Origin: Lama guanicoe
Lineage: Eukaryota
DNA: 20,000 nucleotides
Assembly (NCBI GenBank): GCA_013239625.1
Contig: MU056050.1
Span: forward strand, 4,447,415-4,467,414
Direction: 5' to 3'
A program made the translations under genes and the position numbers. Positions 1 through 10,610 of this stretch are shown here, piece after piece (position 1 is the stretch's first letter; each line of letters opens with the position of its first letter). The notes below the pieces were generated by a model, which did not search any database, had not been told where the DNA came from, and saw only the letters and a program-made list of their open reading frames with translations.

Positions 1-1556
1 GCAACCTGCAGGAGCAAAAACAGTGGCTGTATTAGAGTGTTAGGATTATGTGTTCTTCGTTATCGTTCTTCTGTTTATCTTGAATGCTAAATTCTGTAGG
101 ACTAAAGTGTTATATTCGTTTAATTATTCCTACTTCAGGTCAGAGATTAAATTTGCAGTTACAGGTGGAGGGTGCCCAACTAAAGTTACCATTAAGGGCC
201 TGGTATAAGGGACTGAGAAAAGTTGAGACTTCAGGCAAGGAATTGCTGCAGGAAGGTTTGAAGAGCTTAACTGCTAATGAGAAGGAGAACCCCTGAAGTC
301 AAACTTTGACTCTGGTGTCAGTTTTTTCAAAGATTGCCCTTGGCTTGTTCTCAGAAAAGAACTCTGAATGAGTGGAGAAACTATTAAGAATGTAACTGGT
401 GTTTATTGGGCCTAGAAAATCAAGTTGGAAAAATAAAAGGCAGGAGGTTAGTTATATCTTCTTATCCTAGATCTAGGTATATATGGATTAATCCTTTAAA
501 ATGTCAGGATCTGAGTGAAAAAGGCTGCCAAAGCCCTGGTGGCTAATGTTTATTGCTTAGTGTGATTTCTTGTCTCCCTTTGTTTGGTTTGACTTGAGTT
601 TCACTCTTAAATTCTTTTTGGTAGCCAGTCCACATTTTAAATGAAGTTCGAATGTATTGGTGCATGAACATTTCTCTGCAACCTAATGAAAACAGGTTAC
701 CAAAGTGCCTTGTTGTAGCATTGAAATTTATCTCGGGTAATAAGCGGCACAGAAATGAACCAGTATTTCAGCCCCTGAGGCAAAGCAGGGAACCTGAGCG
801 TCAGAAAAGCCTATTAGGAAATGCATGCTATAGAATCATAACTTCAGCAATGCTTTGAAATTGTCAAGTTGTATCAAGAAGGCATGTGCTGATCAGAGGT
901 AGCATTGGCAGGCCTGGAATATTAGCTGTGGCAATCAAGTGCTTGTTCATATAGCCTAATCAATCAGGCAGATTTTTTAATTAATCCTAGTTGTTTTATT
1001 ATGGTTCTTAGCAAGCAACAACACAGCAGCCAGGAATCCCCAGTCTAATTGATTTAATCAGTTCCTTAATCTTTCTTGAGATTTTTAGAGTAAACTAACA
1101 TTCAAGTCACTTAAATAAGTAGAAAAAACTGTTACTTACTCAGTACACTTTGTTAACATTTTGATGACAGAAGTGAAAATTCTCAACTACCACTTGGTAA
1201 ATCAGTGGGTTATTTCTTTAAATGCCAAGATCTTTCTTTGCATTTAAGTGTTCAATAGCATTTATCAATGGTGTGGCAGAGAGTTTAGGGGTGAAGAAGA
1301 GGAAGAGAAGGCTGATACAAAAACCTAAAACTTTAGGAACTCCACCAACCTCTGGATTATAAAATTTGAGAAAAAATGTTTTTTTCAACCATAATAAAAT
1401 TATTTTAAGAATAGTAAACTTTCAAAAATGGACTTTCTCTCCATTATTTTGGAAAATTTCTTTTGAAATAAAGCAAGCATTACTTAATCATTAGATTATT
1501 AGTGGATTTAGTACCTTCATCAGTACATTCAGAAAATGTATTGTGATTAAACAAAC

Positions 1557-1568
1557 ATGACTTCGAGG
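1557..1568 (+). CDS. Putative first coding exon segment (MTSR) of an unidentified spliced gene
   Basis: ATG at 1557 with A at -3 (acaaacATGa), in-frame TAA at 1548-1550 just upstream, and donor AGG|gtaata at 1568/1569. Phase 0 matches the next exon across a 155-nt intron. Confidence 0.4.
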
Positions 1569-1723
1569 GTAATATTCTGCAGGAGAAGCCAACTCATGAA
1601 TTTTTCTGAACTCAATTTTACAAACTCAAAATTCTATATATTGTATAAACCAATCACTGACAAAATTACAACAAACTTGTAGATACTAAGATGGACAATG
1701 CATTTGTCAAATTCTTTTCTCAG

Positions 1724-1861
1724 ATACATTTTATTGAGAAGATCATTTCCCCATGGGCCAATTTTGTTGGATATGGCTGTTTGAATCCAAGAGAAAAAGT
1801 ATTGGCCAAGTTATTTACAAGTATCTTCAAGTTAGCTCAAAGCTTTGAAGAAAGATACAAG
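1724..1861 (+). CDS. Putative internal coding exon, 138 nt, phase 0-0 (IHFIEKIISPWANFVGYGCLNPREKVLAKLFTSIFKLAQSFEERYK)
   Basis: Acceptor attcttttctcag| with branch-like tactaag at 1684-1690 and donor AAG|gtaaaa. Only frame 0 is open (46 codons). Sequence is non-repetitive. Confidence 0.55.
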
Positions 1862-2247
1862 GTAAAATAAATAAAATAGTACATACAAATAAGAATATAC
1901 TTGTTATAATACTTGGAAATGTGGTATTTAGTATTTGACAAACATTTTGAATAAGAATCTTATTAGAACCGTTAGAGTAATGAAAGTTTTTCTAGCTCCT
2001 CTCAGTCCATATGTTCTCATAAGAGAAGTTATTCCTTCAGCAATTGTTATAGAGTCCTCTCATAAAATATTATCATTTCATAAATTACTATGCTAACTTA
2101 GAGCAATAAATCCTACCTTAATTAATATGGCTTCCCCAAACTGTTAAATATTTTTCCAGTGTATATTAGTATATATAATATACTACAAACTAAACGATGA
2201 TAAGGGAAAAAAAAAACTCTTTCACAGTCTTTATAAAATCAAGTATA

Positions 2248-2627
2248 TACTCAGCCATAAAAAAGATGAAATGTTGCCATTTGTGACAACATGGATGGAA
2301 CTTGAGGGCATTATGCTAAGTGAAATAAGTCAGACAAAGAAAGATAAATACCATATGATTTCACTCATATGTAAAAACAAACAAACAAATAAATAAACCA
2401 AAGCAAACAAAAACAAATACACAGATACAGAGAGCAGTAGTGGTTACCAGGCTGGGAAAGGGAGTGGGGAGGGCAAAATGGGTAAGGGAGTGTCAACAGA
2501 ATGTGGCAGATAGAAACTAAAGTTTTGGTGGTGAGCACACTGTAGAGCATACAGACATCAAGATATAATACTGTATACATGAAACTTATATAATGTTATA
2601 AAACCAATAAAAAATAAAAACAATCAA
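2248..2627 (+). mobile_element. 5'-truncated L1 3' end (end of ORF2 plus 3' UTR)
   Basis: tactcagccataaaaaagatgaaatgttgccatttgtgacaacatggatggaacttgagggcattatgctaagtgaaataagtcagac is the typical L1 ORF2 terminus. A-rich tail; imperfect TSD aaaatc(t)aagtata at 2235-2247 and 2628-2641. Confidence 0.92.
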
Positions 2628-2769
2628 AAAATCTAAGTATAATATTAGTTGTTTCAAATCTATTTCTAGTTTTAAAAAGTAGGAATTATGGTATGTTTTC
2701 AAATCTAATGCAAAGTTGTTTATTGAATTTAAGTCTAGGAACGAGGGAAATCAAAAGAAATTAGCAAAA

Positions 2770-2912
2770 TAATAATAATGAGAACAGTCATTATTTCCAA
2801 ATATTCACCCTGGCTTCATAAGCATTATATTGCGTATTTTACATATGTCATCTCAAAATAATCCAGTGGGGTAGGTGTATTGCCCACATTTACAGATGAC
2901 CAAACTCATTTA
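2770..2912 (-). mobile_element. MIR SINE fragment
   Basis: ggggtaggtgtattgcccacatttacagatgaccaaact resembles the antisense MIR core. Confidence 0.65.
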
Positions 2913-3257
2913 GCAAATCCTCACTGCTTGCATTTTAGATTATTCCCATATTCCACCCCAGTCATTTCCACAAACACTACTTACACAGTCAAGTAAAAAA
3001 GTTAAGGCACATATATATGTTAAATAACATCTTAACCAAAGTTACTTATGGATTGTAAAAAGGTAAGAAGATATCTTTTAGGAACAAAAGTTTTACTTTT
3101 TACAAATCAGACAATTTATTTTGATTTATAATTTTTAAAAACTGTTAAGACACAGTTATATACAATTCTTCCTTTGGAGTTAGGAACAAACCATCGCCCT
3201 GTACTCTTCAGAAGTTCTTATCTCCCAGATTAAGGGAACCATTTCAGTTCTGCAGCC

Positions 3258-3278
3258 AAAAAAAAAAAAAAAAAAAAA
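3258..3278. repeat. Poly(A) mononucleotide run (A21)
   Basis: Read directly from the sequence. Confidence 0.95.
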
Positions 3279-3450
3279 CTTATGTAATAATGTTGCTATG
3301 ATCACCTTTAAAGCTGAGTCATTGTTTGAGTACAACCATTAGCTATAGTGCTTTGATAATATAAAGATTATAAAGACAAACTTTTACAAAGCTGGACTTC
3401 AAGTTTTTTAATGTAATCTTTGCACATTTTTTGCAACATTGAATTTCTAG

Positions 3451-3618
3451 TTGTCCTATTTTAGTTGTGCATATCAGCATTCAAAACTTTCAGTGCTAGA
3501 GTTTATCATCATCTCAGCACGCAAAGTAAAATTCAGAAAAGAAGAAAATCTTAACAGACCAGTGATCATTCAGATTCCAAAATATATGACGTTATCCATT
3601 TATCCAGCCTCAAAAAAA
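3451..3618 (+). CDS. Putative internal coding exon, 168 nt, phase 0-0 (LSYFSCAYQHSKLSVLEFIIISARKVKFRKEENLNRPVIIQIPKYMTLSIYPASKK)
   Basis: Lies in the 92-aa ORF 3451-3729. Acceptor gaatttctag| follows a ~45-nt AG-free stretch; an alternative in-frame acceptor is at 3478. Donor AAA|gtatgg is of moderate strength and keeps phase 0. Confidence 0.45.
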
Positions 3619-3823
3619 GTATGGCTTTCATTATTAGGTTACAATGGATCAAGATTTGTGTTCACACTAATGTTGCCCTCATTTCCATTTATATTAAACT
3701 GGTATTTGTTTTTTAAAGGAGGCACATGAATGAACAGAGCCTTTCCCAATCTCTGTTTGTTCAGCTTGTAACATGCACAATAGCAAATTCAATCTTGTTA
3801 AGAGGCTTATTTCTCCTTTGTAG

Positions 3824-3892
3824 AACTTACTTGAATTGCAAGAAAGTTTGAATTTGCATGGGTTATGTGTTTCTGTGGAAGAATGAATTGAA
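3824..3892 (+). other. Candidate in-phase exon containing a TGA (NLLELQESLNLHGLCVSVEE*IE): terminal, poison or disabled exon
   Basis: Strong acceptor ttatttctcctttgtag|; 69 nt to a weak donor GAA|gtactt, phase 0-0. TGA at 3884-3886; AATAAA at 3925-3930. Confidence 0.3.
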
Positions 3893-3985
3893 GTACTTTA
3901 AGGACCTTATTTTTCTTTCTCAATAATAAATTGCTTATGACCGCTTAATTTCAAACATCTTTTGTCCATTCTGTTTGTTGCTCAG

Positions 3986-4103
3986 CTGGGGGAAAAACTC
4001 TTCATTTCAATAATAGGAAAGTCAAATTCATTTGAAAATATAACATCTGAAATGTCAATGAAATCACACCTCTCAAAACTCACAAGGACAATTTCTCACT
4101 CAG
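3986..4103 (+). CDS. Putative internal coding exon, 118 nt, phase 0-1 (LGEKLFISIIGKSNSFENITSEMSMKSHLSKLTRTISHS)
   Basis: Long pyrimidine-rich acceptor ctttgtccattctgtttgttgctcag| and perfect consensus donor CAG|gtaagt. Only frame 0 is open. Confidence 0.55.
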
Positions 4104-4554
4104 GTAAGTTCCTTAAAGCAAACAATTTATCTTTGATGAAGCATAATTATTTTAAGTCAGGTAACAAGGCACTGGACACATAGTCATAATGTTCCCTGTG
4201 TTAGCAAGCTGTGTTTTGAAACACATAAAAGGTTATTTTACCAAGGATCTTTTCCATTAGAATTTTATTACAATCAAAGAAAAGGAAGCTAGCTGTCATC
4301 AGCCACAAGAAAAGAATTCTGATTAAATTTTGGTCTTATTGCAAATGCGTAGGTCACTTGGTTAACCTACAGTCAAATGCGGACAACAATTGAATGACTA
4401 TCTTTACCACACTGCATTAGATTATGTGGTCGATAAGATACAGTAGTTGTCATTGGGCACATATATGACAAACCTATGAAACACAATCACACACACACAA
4501 CAATAGATTGGGGGAATATATCTCAGCACAAAAATAGTACTAGAAAGGTGCCAA

Positions 4555-4665
4555 AGGATAATTCAACCCTGGCACTAGCACTTATCAACTGCGACTTTGG
4601 CAAATCACTTAACCTTTCTGCTGAGCTTTCTGTTTCTGCCTTTACAAAAAAATGAGAAAATAATC
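4555..4665 (+). mobile_element. MIR SINE fragment (appears to resume near 5535-5580 after L1 pieces)
   Basis: tgcgactttggcaaatcacttaacctttctg...aaaatgagaaaataat matches the MIR core; ctcattgtagggttgtattgag at ~5548 resembles its continuation. Confidence 0.65.
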
Positions 4666-4684
4666 AGAAATAATCTTTTCCATA

Positions 4685-5062
4685 TTAAGGAGACTAAAGA
4701 CATATGCAACTAAATGGAATCTGTAATCTTTGAATGGGACCTGGACATTAGAAGGACAATGGCAATGACTGAACAAGGTGAGTGTTAATTTACAGATTTT
4801 CATAACTGTACTGTGGTTATAGAAGACAAAGCACTCTCTCTTGCTTTTTTTTTTTTTTTGAGAGAAGGAGGGAGTTACCACCGAAATAGTTAAAGGTAAA
4901 GGGGCATAATACATTCAATTTACACTGAAATGTTGCAGAGAGAAAGGGAGGGGAAAGAACCAATGACTAAGCAAGTATATAAAGCATTAGCATTGGGCAA
5001 TCTAGCTGAAAGTCATAATGCAATATTTTGTACTGTTTAATTATTTTGATTTCTAATTTTTT
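4685..5062 (+). mobile_element. Old L1 (L1MC/L1ME-type) 3' UTR fragment
   Basis: ggagactaaagacatatgcaactaaatggaat...gggacctggac...taactgtactgtggttatagaaga is characteristic of L1MC/ME 3' ends. Confidence 0.7.
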
Positions 5063-5084
5063 AAGGTGGAACCTGAAGTTGTTG

Positions 5085-5280
5085 ATTTGAAACCTTTGTC
5101 TCTAACATAAATATTCAGTGCTACACATTTCCCTTTAAGTGCTCCTTTAGTTGAATCCTACAGAATTACATATGTTGTGTTCTCATTTTCATTCAGATAA
5201 AAATGATTTCTAGCTATTTTATTATTTCTTCTTTGGCCCATGGGTTATTTAGAAGTATGTTATTTAATCTCCAAGCAACT
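5085..5280 (-). mobile_element. L1 ORF2 fragment, antisense (region just after the endonuclease domain)
   Basis: Reverse complement gives a decayed WKLNNTLLNNPWVKEEI...ENENTTYQNLWD..K..LRGK..AL-type L1 ORF2 segment. Confidence 0.8.
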
Positions 5281-5317
5281 GAAAATCTCCTGAACAAAAT
5301 AGCATTATTAGTAACTC

Positions 5318-5525
5318 TGCCAAACATTTAAGGAAGAAATAATGCCACTTTTGCACATATTCTTCTAAAAGATTGAAGAAGAAACATTTCCGAATTCATT
5401 CTATGAAGTCAGTATTACCTTAACACCAAAACTAAACACATTATAAGGAAGAAAACTACAGACCAACATTTTTCATGAACATAGACACTAAACCTGTAAC
5501 AAAATTTTTGCAAATTACATTCAGA
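5318..5525 (+). mobile_element. L1 ORF2 fragment, sense (start of reverse transcriptase region)
   Basis: Decayed FKEEI.P...IEEE..PNSFYE.SITL.PK...RKENYRP...MNID.K..NKI.AN motif. Confidence 0.85.
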
Positions 5526-5671
5526 AAGGTTATAATGAGGATAAAAACTCATTGTAGGGTTGTATTGAGTATAATAGTCTTTAAAAGACAGAAATTAGTA
5601 TGAATGTTCTTTGCAAAGTACAAAGTACCACACACCTGTAAGGTATTTTTGCAGAAAGAGTGTTGGCCTCG

Positions 5672-5905
5672 TGAAGTGTTTACTAAACTATGCCCTGGGA
5701 AACACTCTTTCGGATATGTTAATAGGTGTGTCATAGGGGAAAAAAAGTTTCTAGAGTTGGATAAACATGATAAATGCTGTATAATACATTCTTCCTCTTG
5801 CAGATTTACAAAGCCTATTCATACAGTAAGTCTCTGAGCAGCCCTACAAGAAAGAAAACACTTAAATGGCACTTCACCCAGCCGTCTCATCCCTGTTGAT
5901 ATTCA
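5672..5905. mobile_element. hAT-Charlie DNA transposon remnant (Charlie4-like)
   Basis: agtgtttactaaactatgccctgggaaacac...atgttaataggtgt...cctcttgcagatttacaaag...ctctgagcagccctacaagaaagaaaac resembles the recalled Charlie4a consensus. Confidence 0.6.
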
Positions 5906-5934
5906 ACAAACTATAAGAGAAAATCCTATTGCCT

Positions 5935-6075
5935 GGGAAAAGGCACTGGATTTATAATACAGACAGCTTGTGTTCTAGCTCTGTGGTCTTGAGCATGACA
6001 CACAACGTGTTTGAGGATTAGTCTCAGTATGAAAGAAAGCACTAATGATACCTGCTGTAGTAAAAGACTACTAGG
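5935..6075 (+). mobile_element. Highly decayed MIR-like fragment
   Basis: ggaaaaggcactggatttataatacagacagcttgtgttctagctctg resembles the MIR 5' tRNA-derived part. Confidence 0.4.
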
Positions 6076-6174
6076 TAGTTTTACTACTATAAGGCAGAAA
6101 TAAAGAAAAATGTACAATTACTTTATAAGTTATAAATCAGTATAAAAAGAGAGTGATGTTTATCATAGTGGAGA

Positions 6175-6226
6175 GATATATATATAGGATAATATTTATA
6201 CATATAATATATATAATGTATATAAT
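6175..6226. repeat. Imperfect (TA)n low-complexity tract
   Basis: Read directly from the sequence. Confidence 0.8.
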
Positions 6227-6229
6227 TTT

Positions 6230-6589
6230 TTCTTAGTCTGCTTGGGCTGCTATAACAAACTACCATAGATTGGGTAACTAAGCACCAAACATTTATTTCT
6301 CACAGTTCTGGAGGCTGGGAAGTCCAAGATCAAGGAGGAAGCAGACTCCGTGTTTGGTGAGTGCCTGCTTCCTGATTCATAGACAGCGTATTCTCCTTGG
6401 GTCATGACAGGGCAGAAAGAGTGTGGGAGCTCTCTGGAGTCTCTTCTATAAGGGCACTAATCCCACTTATGAGGGTTCTAACCTTATGATTTAATCACCT
6501 CCCAAGGGTTCCGCCTCCTAATAAGGAATTCAAAGGCGTAGGATTTCAACATATTTATTTTGGGAGGAAACAAACATTTGTCTGTAACT
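6230..6589 (-). mobile_element. MaLR solo LTR (MLT1A/MLT1A0-like)
   Basis: tcttagtctgcttgggctgctataacaaactaccatag...atttatttctcacagttctggaggctgggaagtccaagatcaagg...taagggcactaatccc...taatcacctcccaa, about 360 bp. Confidence 0.92.
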
Positions 6590-7892
6590 GAAAGATAATG
6601 CCATATTAGAAAAAACAGCTTGTTTATTTGGATATCAATTTACCTATGTTTTATTCTAAATTGTTTTACCTCTTGATGGTGAGAAATGTGGGCAGTCAAG
6701 GAATTTCACGAACTGAATATCAAAACAATACATATAATTTAGAAACAAAAGCAAGAAAACTAGAACAGCATACTTTAGTACAAAATCATCCCAAGAAAAG
6801 AATAAGAAAGAGTAAATTAAGTAGAGGAGAGAAGTGGGGATGGGCAGATGAAAAGAAGGAAGGAAGAAAATGAGGAAGGAGAGTAAAATATCATTAGGCT
6901 TAGTTTCTAGGCAATTATAGATCTAGAATACTTAATATAACAAAGTAGTATTAAAAAACAAGAACTGGAAACATTTACCTTCTCCTCAACTTGATTTTTA
7001 TAAGCAATGAGGAAAATATCCCTAGAAAACCACCTGCATAACAAAGTTATAAAATGAGATTCTGTCATCATGAAATGCCACCCTATAATTCCTTGTGCTT
7101 GTGAGTTAAGATAATTATGAATTCCCTAACTTACTTCCTGTATCAGTAACTTACCCAAATGGAAGAATAGGTTGAGCATAGTAACAGTAATGTAAATAAA
7201 CTACTTACTACAAATTAGAAATCCTTCTCCCCTTTTTCTCTATATATTTTAATAACACAGTCATGATTGTCTTTCCCTTCCTGAAGAAGATACCTATTTC
7301 TTTAGTGCAAAACCAGAAAAGTGAGAGTAAAAGGTCATATTTTAAATTGAAACTGATATTTCTTCAAAAAAAATAATGACTAGATGTATTTACTCTAAAG
7401 AAACTAGAGATGGCTAATGTCTAAATCTCAGTAACGATGTAGGGGCTTAAGCAAAGATAGCTGTTGTCAAAACTGAAATTCTAGCTTGTTAATTCAGTAG
7501 GACCTGTGAGAACATTTTAAATTTTTAAGCTCAAACAGATTTACTAAATCTCCAGGGTCACTGAGAGAGAAATTGTCTTTCTTTCTAAACTTAGGATTCT
7601 TATATCCACTCATACAGAAAGAAATATCTAACTAAGCTTCCATTTGAGTTATTATAGTAAGTTGTAACATTTTTCCAACCACCACACAAAAGTCATCAAA
7701 ATTGGCAGAGTAGCAAAACTTTTAGCTATAACTAAATGAAGACTCTTTCATACAAAAAGTATTTGCATTCTCAATGCACACAATTTATAAACATGCGCAT
7801 TAGGTAAGGGTTCTTATTTCCTTACTTTCACACGTAATCATATCATAAAGCAGCTGCCTTATGTCAGACAGATTAAAGAAGCTCAATATATT

Positions 7893-8016
7893 TCAAAGTG
7901 TAAGCTGCTTGAGGACAGAATTTGTATTTTTCAGTAGTGCTACTTATCCCTTAGTCTCAAATCTAGGATGGCAGAGACAGTCTGGAACAATTCAGAAAAT
8001 ATATATATTGAATAAA
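7893..8016 (+). mobile_element. L2 3' end fragment
   Basis: tgtaagctgcttgaggacagaatttgta...aaatatatatattgaataaat matches the L2 terminus. Confidence 0.6.
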
Positions 8017-8243
8017 TTATTTCATTTGCTTTTAGTCTCCAAGTGTGGCTTATAGAAGTAAAGAAAATAAGACTAATGACATCAAGTATACAGAAGACTA
8101 TTTGTAAAGATTACACATAAAAAGCTGAAAATAAAATTAGAAAATAATATTTTTTGAAAATTGAAAATCCAAATAAAGCAGAAAAAATATTTATATTAGA
8201 TGAAGAAGAATTTAAAGCATCAAATGGGAAAAACAGGTTATTT

Positions 8244-8552
8244 ATTTATTGAAGTATAGTTTATTTACAATGTGTTAATTTCTGGTATACAGCATAGTGA
8301 TTCATTTATGCATATACATATATATATATGTATATATACATATATTCCTTTTCATATTCTTTTTCATTACAGGCCATTACAAAATACTGAATATAGTCCC
8401 TTGTGCTATATAGTAGGACCTTGTTGTTTATCTACTTTATACATATAGTAATTAGTATCTGCAAATCCCAGACTCCCAATTTATTCCTCTACATGTCTCT
8501 CTTTGCCTCCCTGGTAACCATAAATTTGTTTTTTATGTCTGTGATTTTCTTC
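8244..8552 (-). mobile_element. 5'-truncated L1 3' UTR (cetartiodactyl type)
   Basis: ttattgaagtatagtttatttacaatg...tgtgctatatagtaggaccttgttgtttatc...ggtaaccataaatttgtt. Candidate TSD aaaacaggttattt (8230-8243) versus aaaacagttcattt (8553-8566), 12/14 identical. Confidence 0.9.
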
Positions 8553-8614
8553 AAAACAGTTCATTTTATACAGATTAAGCATGCATAGAATAATGAAGAT
8601 ATGAGACATGAACG

Positions 8615-8850
8615 GATAATACTAACTCATTCTTTATTATTTGCCAAGTGTTGTGGTAAGTCCTTAGGGAATATTCCATTTAATCTTCATAAACATTCTA
8701 TAAAACAGGCAACATATTAGATATTGGGCAACTGAGGCAAAGCTAAGTTAAATAACTTCCCTAAAGTAAAATAAAACCAAAAACAAACAAAAGAAAACAA
8801 AGCCCCACAAAATACAAGCATCTGACTCCAGAGATATACTGTCATCTTAG
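8615..8850 (-). mobile_element. MIR SINE
   Basis: ccatttaatcttcataaacattcta...gcaactgaggcaaagctaagttaaataacttccctaaagt...tctgactccaga. Confidence 0.7.
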
Positions 8851-9059
8851 GCCACTAAATTTGAAAATCTCATTTAAAGAAATGCTTCTTTTTGGAAAAT
8901 ATAAATGATCAAAATGCTTTCCCTTACAAATCTAAGGATGACTTAATATTAAGAAATCTCTTAATGTGCTATGTTAGTAGGTCACATTTGGATATGCTAA
9001 TATTAGCAGACACTTAACAAGTATTTGCTAAATTTCATCCCATACACTATACTAAAGAA

Positions 9060-10150
9060 AGAATACTTACAATATACTGTAACAGATAGTAGCTCTTAAA
9101 TCAATGGACAATGCCACGCTTTCTATGAAACAATAAAGGTAATCTCATTAAATTAGGAATAAGAAAAGTTAGTTAATATTGGCTAGGAAATTCTGTCCAA
9201 TATGATAAGATGTGAACTAAATAAATAAAAGATAAAACTATTGGAAAGATAAAGTTAAAAGATTTGCAGATAGATTATCTACCCAGAAGCTCTCTGAGAA
9301 CAGAAGTAACAATCACTAATACATACAAAGCGTTCTAAAAATTTTACATACATTAAATCATTTAACCTCTTAACAAAACTATGAAGTAGATACTATTATT
9401 ATCATCCTCATTTTACAAATAAGGAAACCAAGGCACTGTTAGGTGACTAGTTCAGTGTCACACAGCTAGTTGCTAATAGAACTGGGATTTGAATCTGGAA
9501 AGCATATTCAGTATTCTGAACCCCCTACACTGTACAACCTCTACTAATATAATGAAAGAGTTCCGTGATGGGTCTTCATGTAATAAAAAAAATTATCAAT
9601 ACTTTCCTGATATTGCAGCAATTGCCAGTTAGGAGATGGAATTGAAAATGATGATTCTACATTAGAAGAAAAGTTATAAAATATCTAGGAAAGTATATTT
9701 AACAAGAAATGAAGAGGACCCACGTGAAGACAAATGTAAATAAACAAATCCACCAAGTTTTGTATGGGAAGACCCATATATACATATGTCAAAATGACTA
9801 TTTTTCCACAATTAAAGTTTGAATCAATTCTAATCAGAATCCCCAACCATTTATAGGTTTTTAGAAAATTATTTTAAACCCCTGTAAGTGACCCTCAAGT
9901 TCAACTGAAGGAATAAATACATAAGATTTACCAATTTATAAATGAAGGTTACCAGTGAAGGATTATCACATATTTTTAAATGTCATAAATCCTAAAAAAA
10001 AATCAGTATAAAGGGAAGGAATATATGTGTGTATGTATGTATATCTTAGATTAAAATATAGGCCTTTAGTGTATCACAGAAGTTATACCACAAAACAGCA
10101 ATAAAAGAAAGAATTATTCAGTATGAAATGATAAAATATTGGGGCATCTA
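9060..10150 (+). mobile_element. Old, fragmented L1M ORF2 remnant (interrupted by the MIR at 9315-9545)
   Basis: atttgcagatagattatctac; ataaaatatctaggaaagtatatttaacaagaaatgaagaggac; aatcaattctaatcagaatcccc are decayed ORF2 motifs (FADD, IKYLG.NLT). Confidence 0.6.
9315..9545 (-). mobile_element. MIR SINE
   Basis: atgaagtagatactattattatcatcctcattttacaaataaggaaaccaaggcac...cacacagctagt...ctgggatttgaatc. Confidence 0.88.
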
Positions 10151-10610
10151 ATTGATTATTTGAATAAGAGTGTAAAAAAAATTATACTTATTTACTTAGG
10201 GTTTTATTATCTTCCACAACATTTACAAACTAGAAGCTGTAAAATATCAAAAGCATACGGAAAGTTGACAACACAGACCACAGTTAGCTTCCCAGTCTTA
10301 CTTTAATGAGGGTAATCTTTAAACATCACAACATATACTCTACCAAGCACCAAATTAATCATCAAAGTCTATTATTCACTTCACACCTTCCTAAGCTTTA
10401 GAAATAATTGACTTTAACTGTGAAAATACCACTTCTTAAAAAATCATCACAACTAAATGTAAAAAAAGAGAATGAATTAAGTGTGTGAATGAGTCCAGCT
10501 GTGAATTAGTGTTCACCAGACACTGGAAGGCTTTCAGGGGAAAGATGTATATCATAGGGCTTTGATGGCTCTTTCCCATGTGTCTGTCTTAAATATTGGT
10601 TTTATTGTAG

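Noticed and set aside
84..296. 70-aa ORF with several possible splice sites (e.g. 100-138)
   Set aside because: No recognisable protein and no phase-consistent, stop-free link to the downstream exons.
652..858. 68-aa ORF with a possible acceptor at 624
   Set aside because: No recognisable homology, and it cannot be joined to the model because of in-frame stops upstream of the 1557 ATG.
2365..2580. 71-aa minus-strand hydrophobic ORF
   Set aside because: Antisense reading of an L1 3' UTR.
1724..4103. Loose EF-hand-like look of FVGYGCLNPRE and ELQESLNLHG...SFENI
   Set aside because: The canonical DxDxxG loop residues are absent; it needs a profile search, so no family or gene symbol is assigned.
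4642..6117. ORFs 4642-4914, 5549-5734, 5604-5837 and 5926-6117
   Set aside because: All overlap decayed L1, Charlie or MIR sequence.
6628..6873. 81-aa ORF
   Set aside because: TTG start, purine-rich low-complexity tail and no supporting splice structure.
8403..8588. 61-aa ORF
   Set aside because: Lies within an antisense L1 3' UTR.
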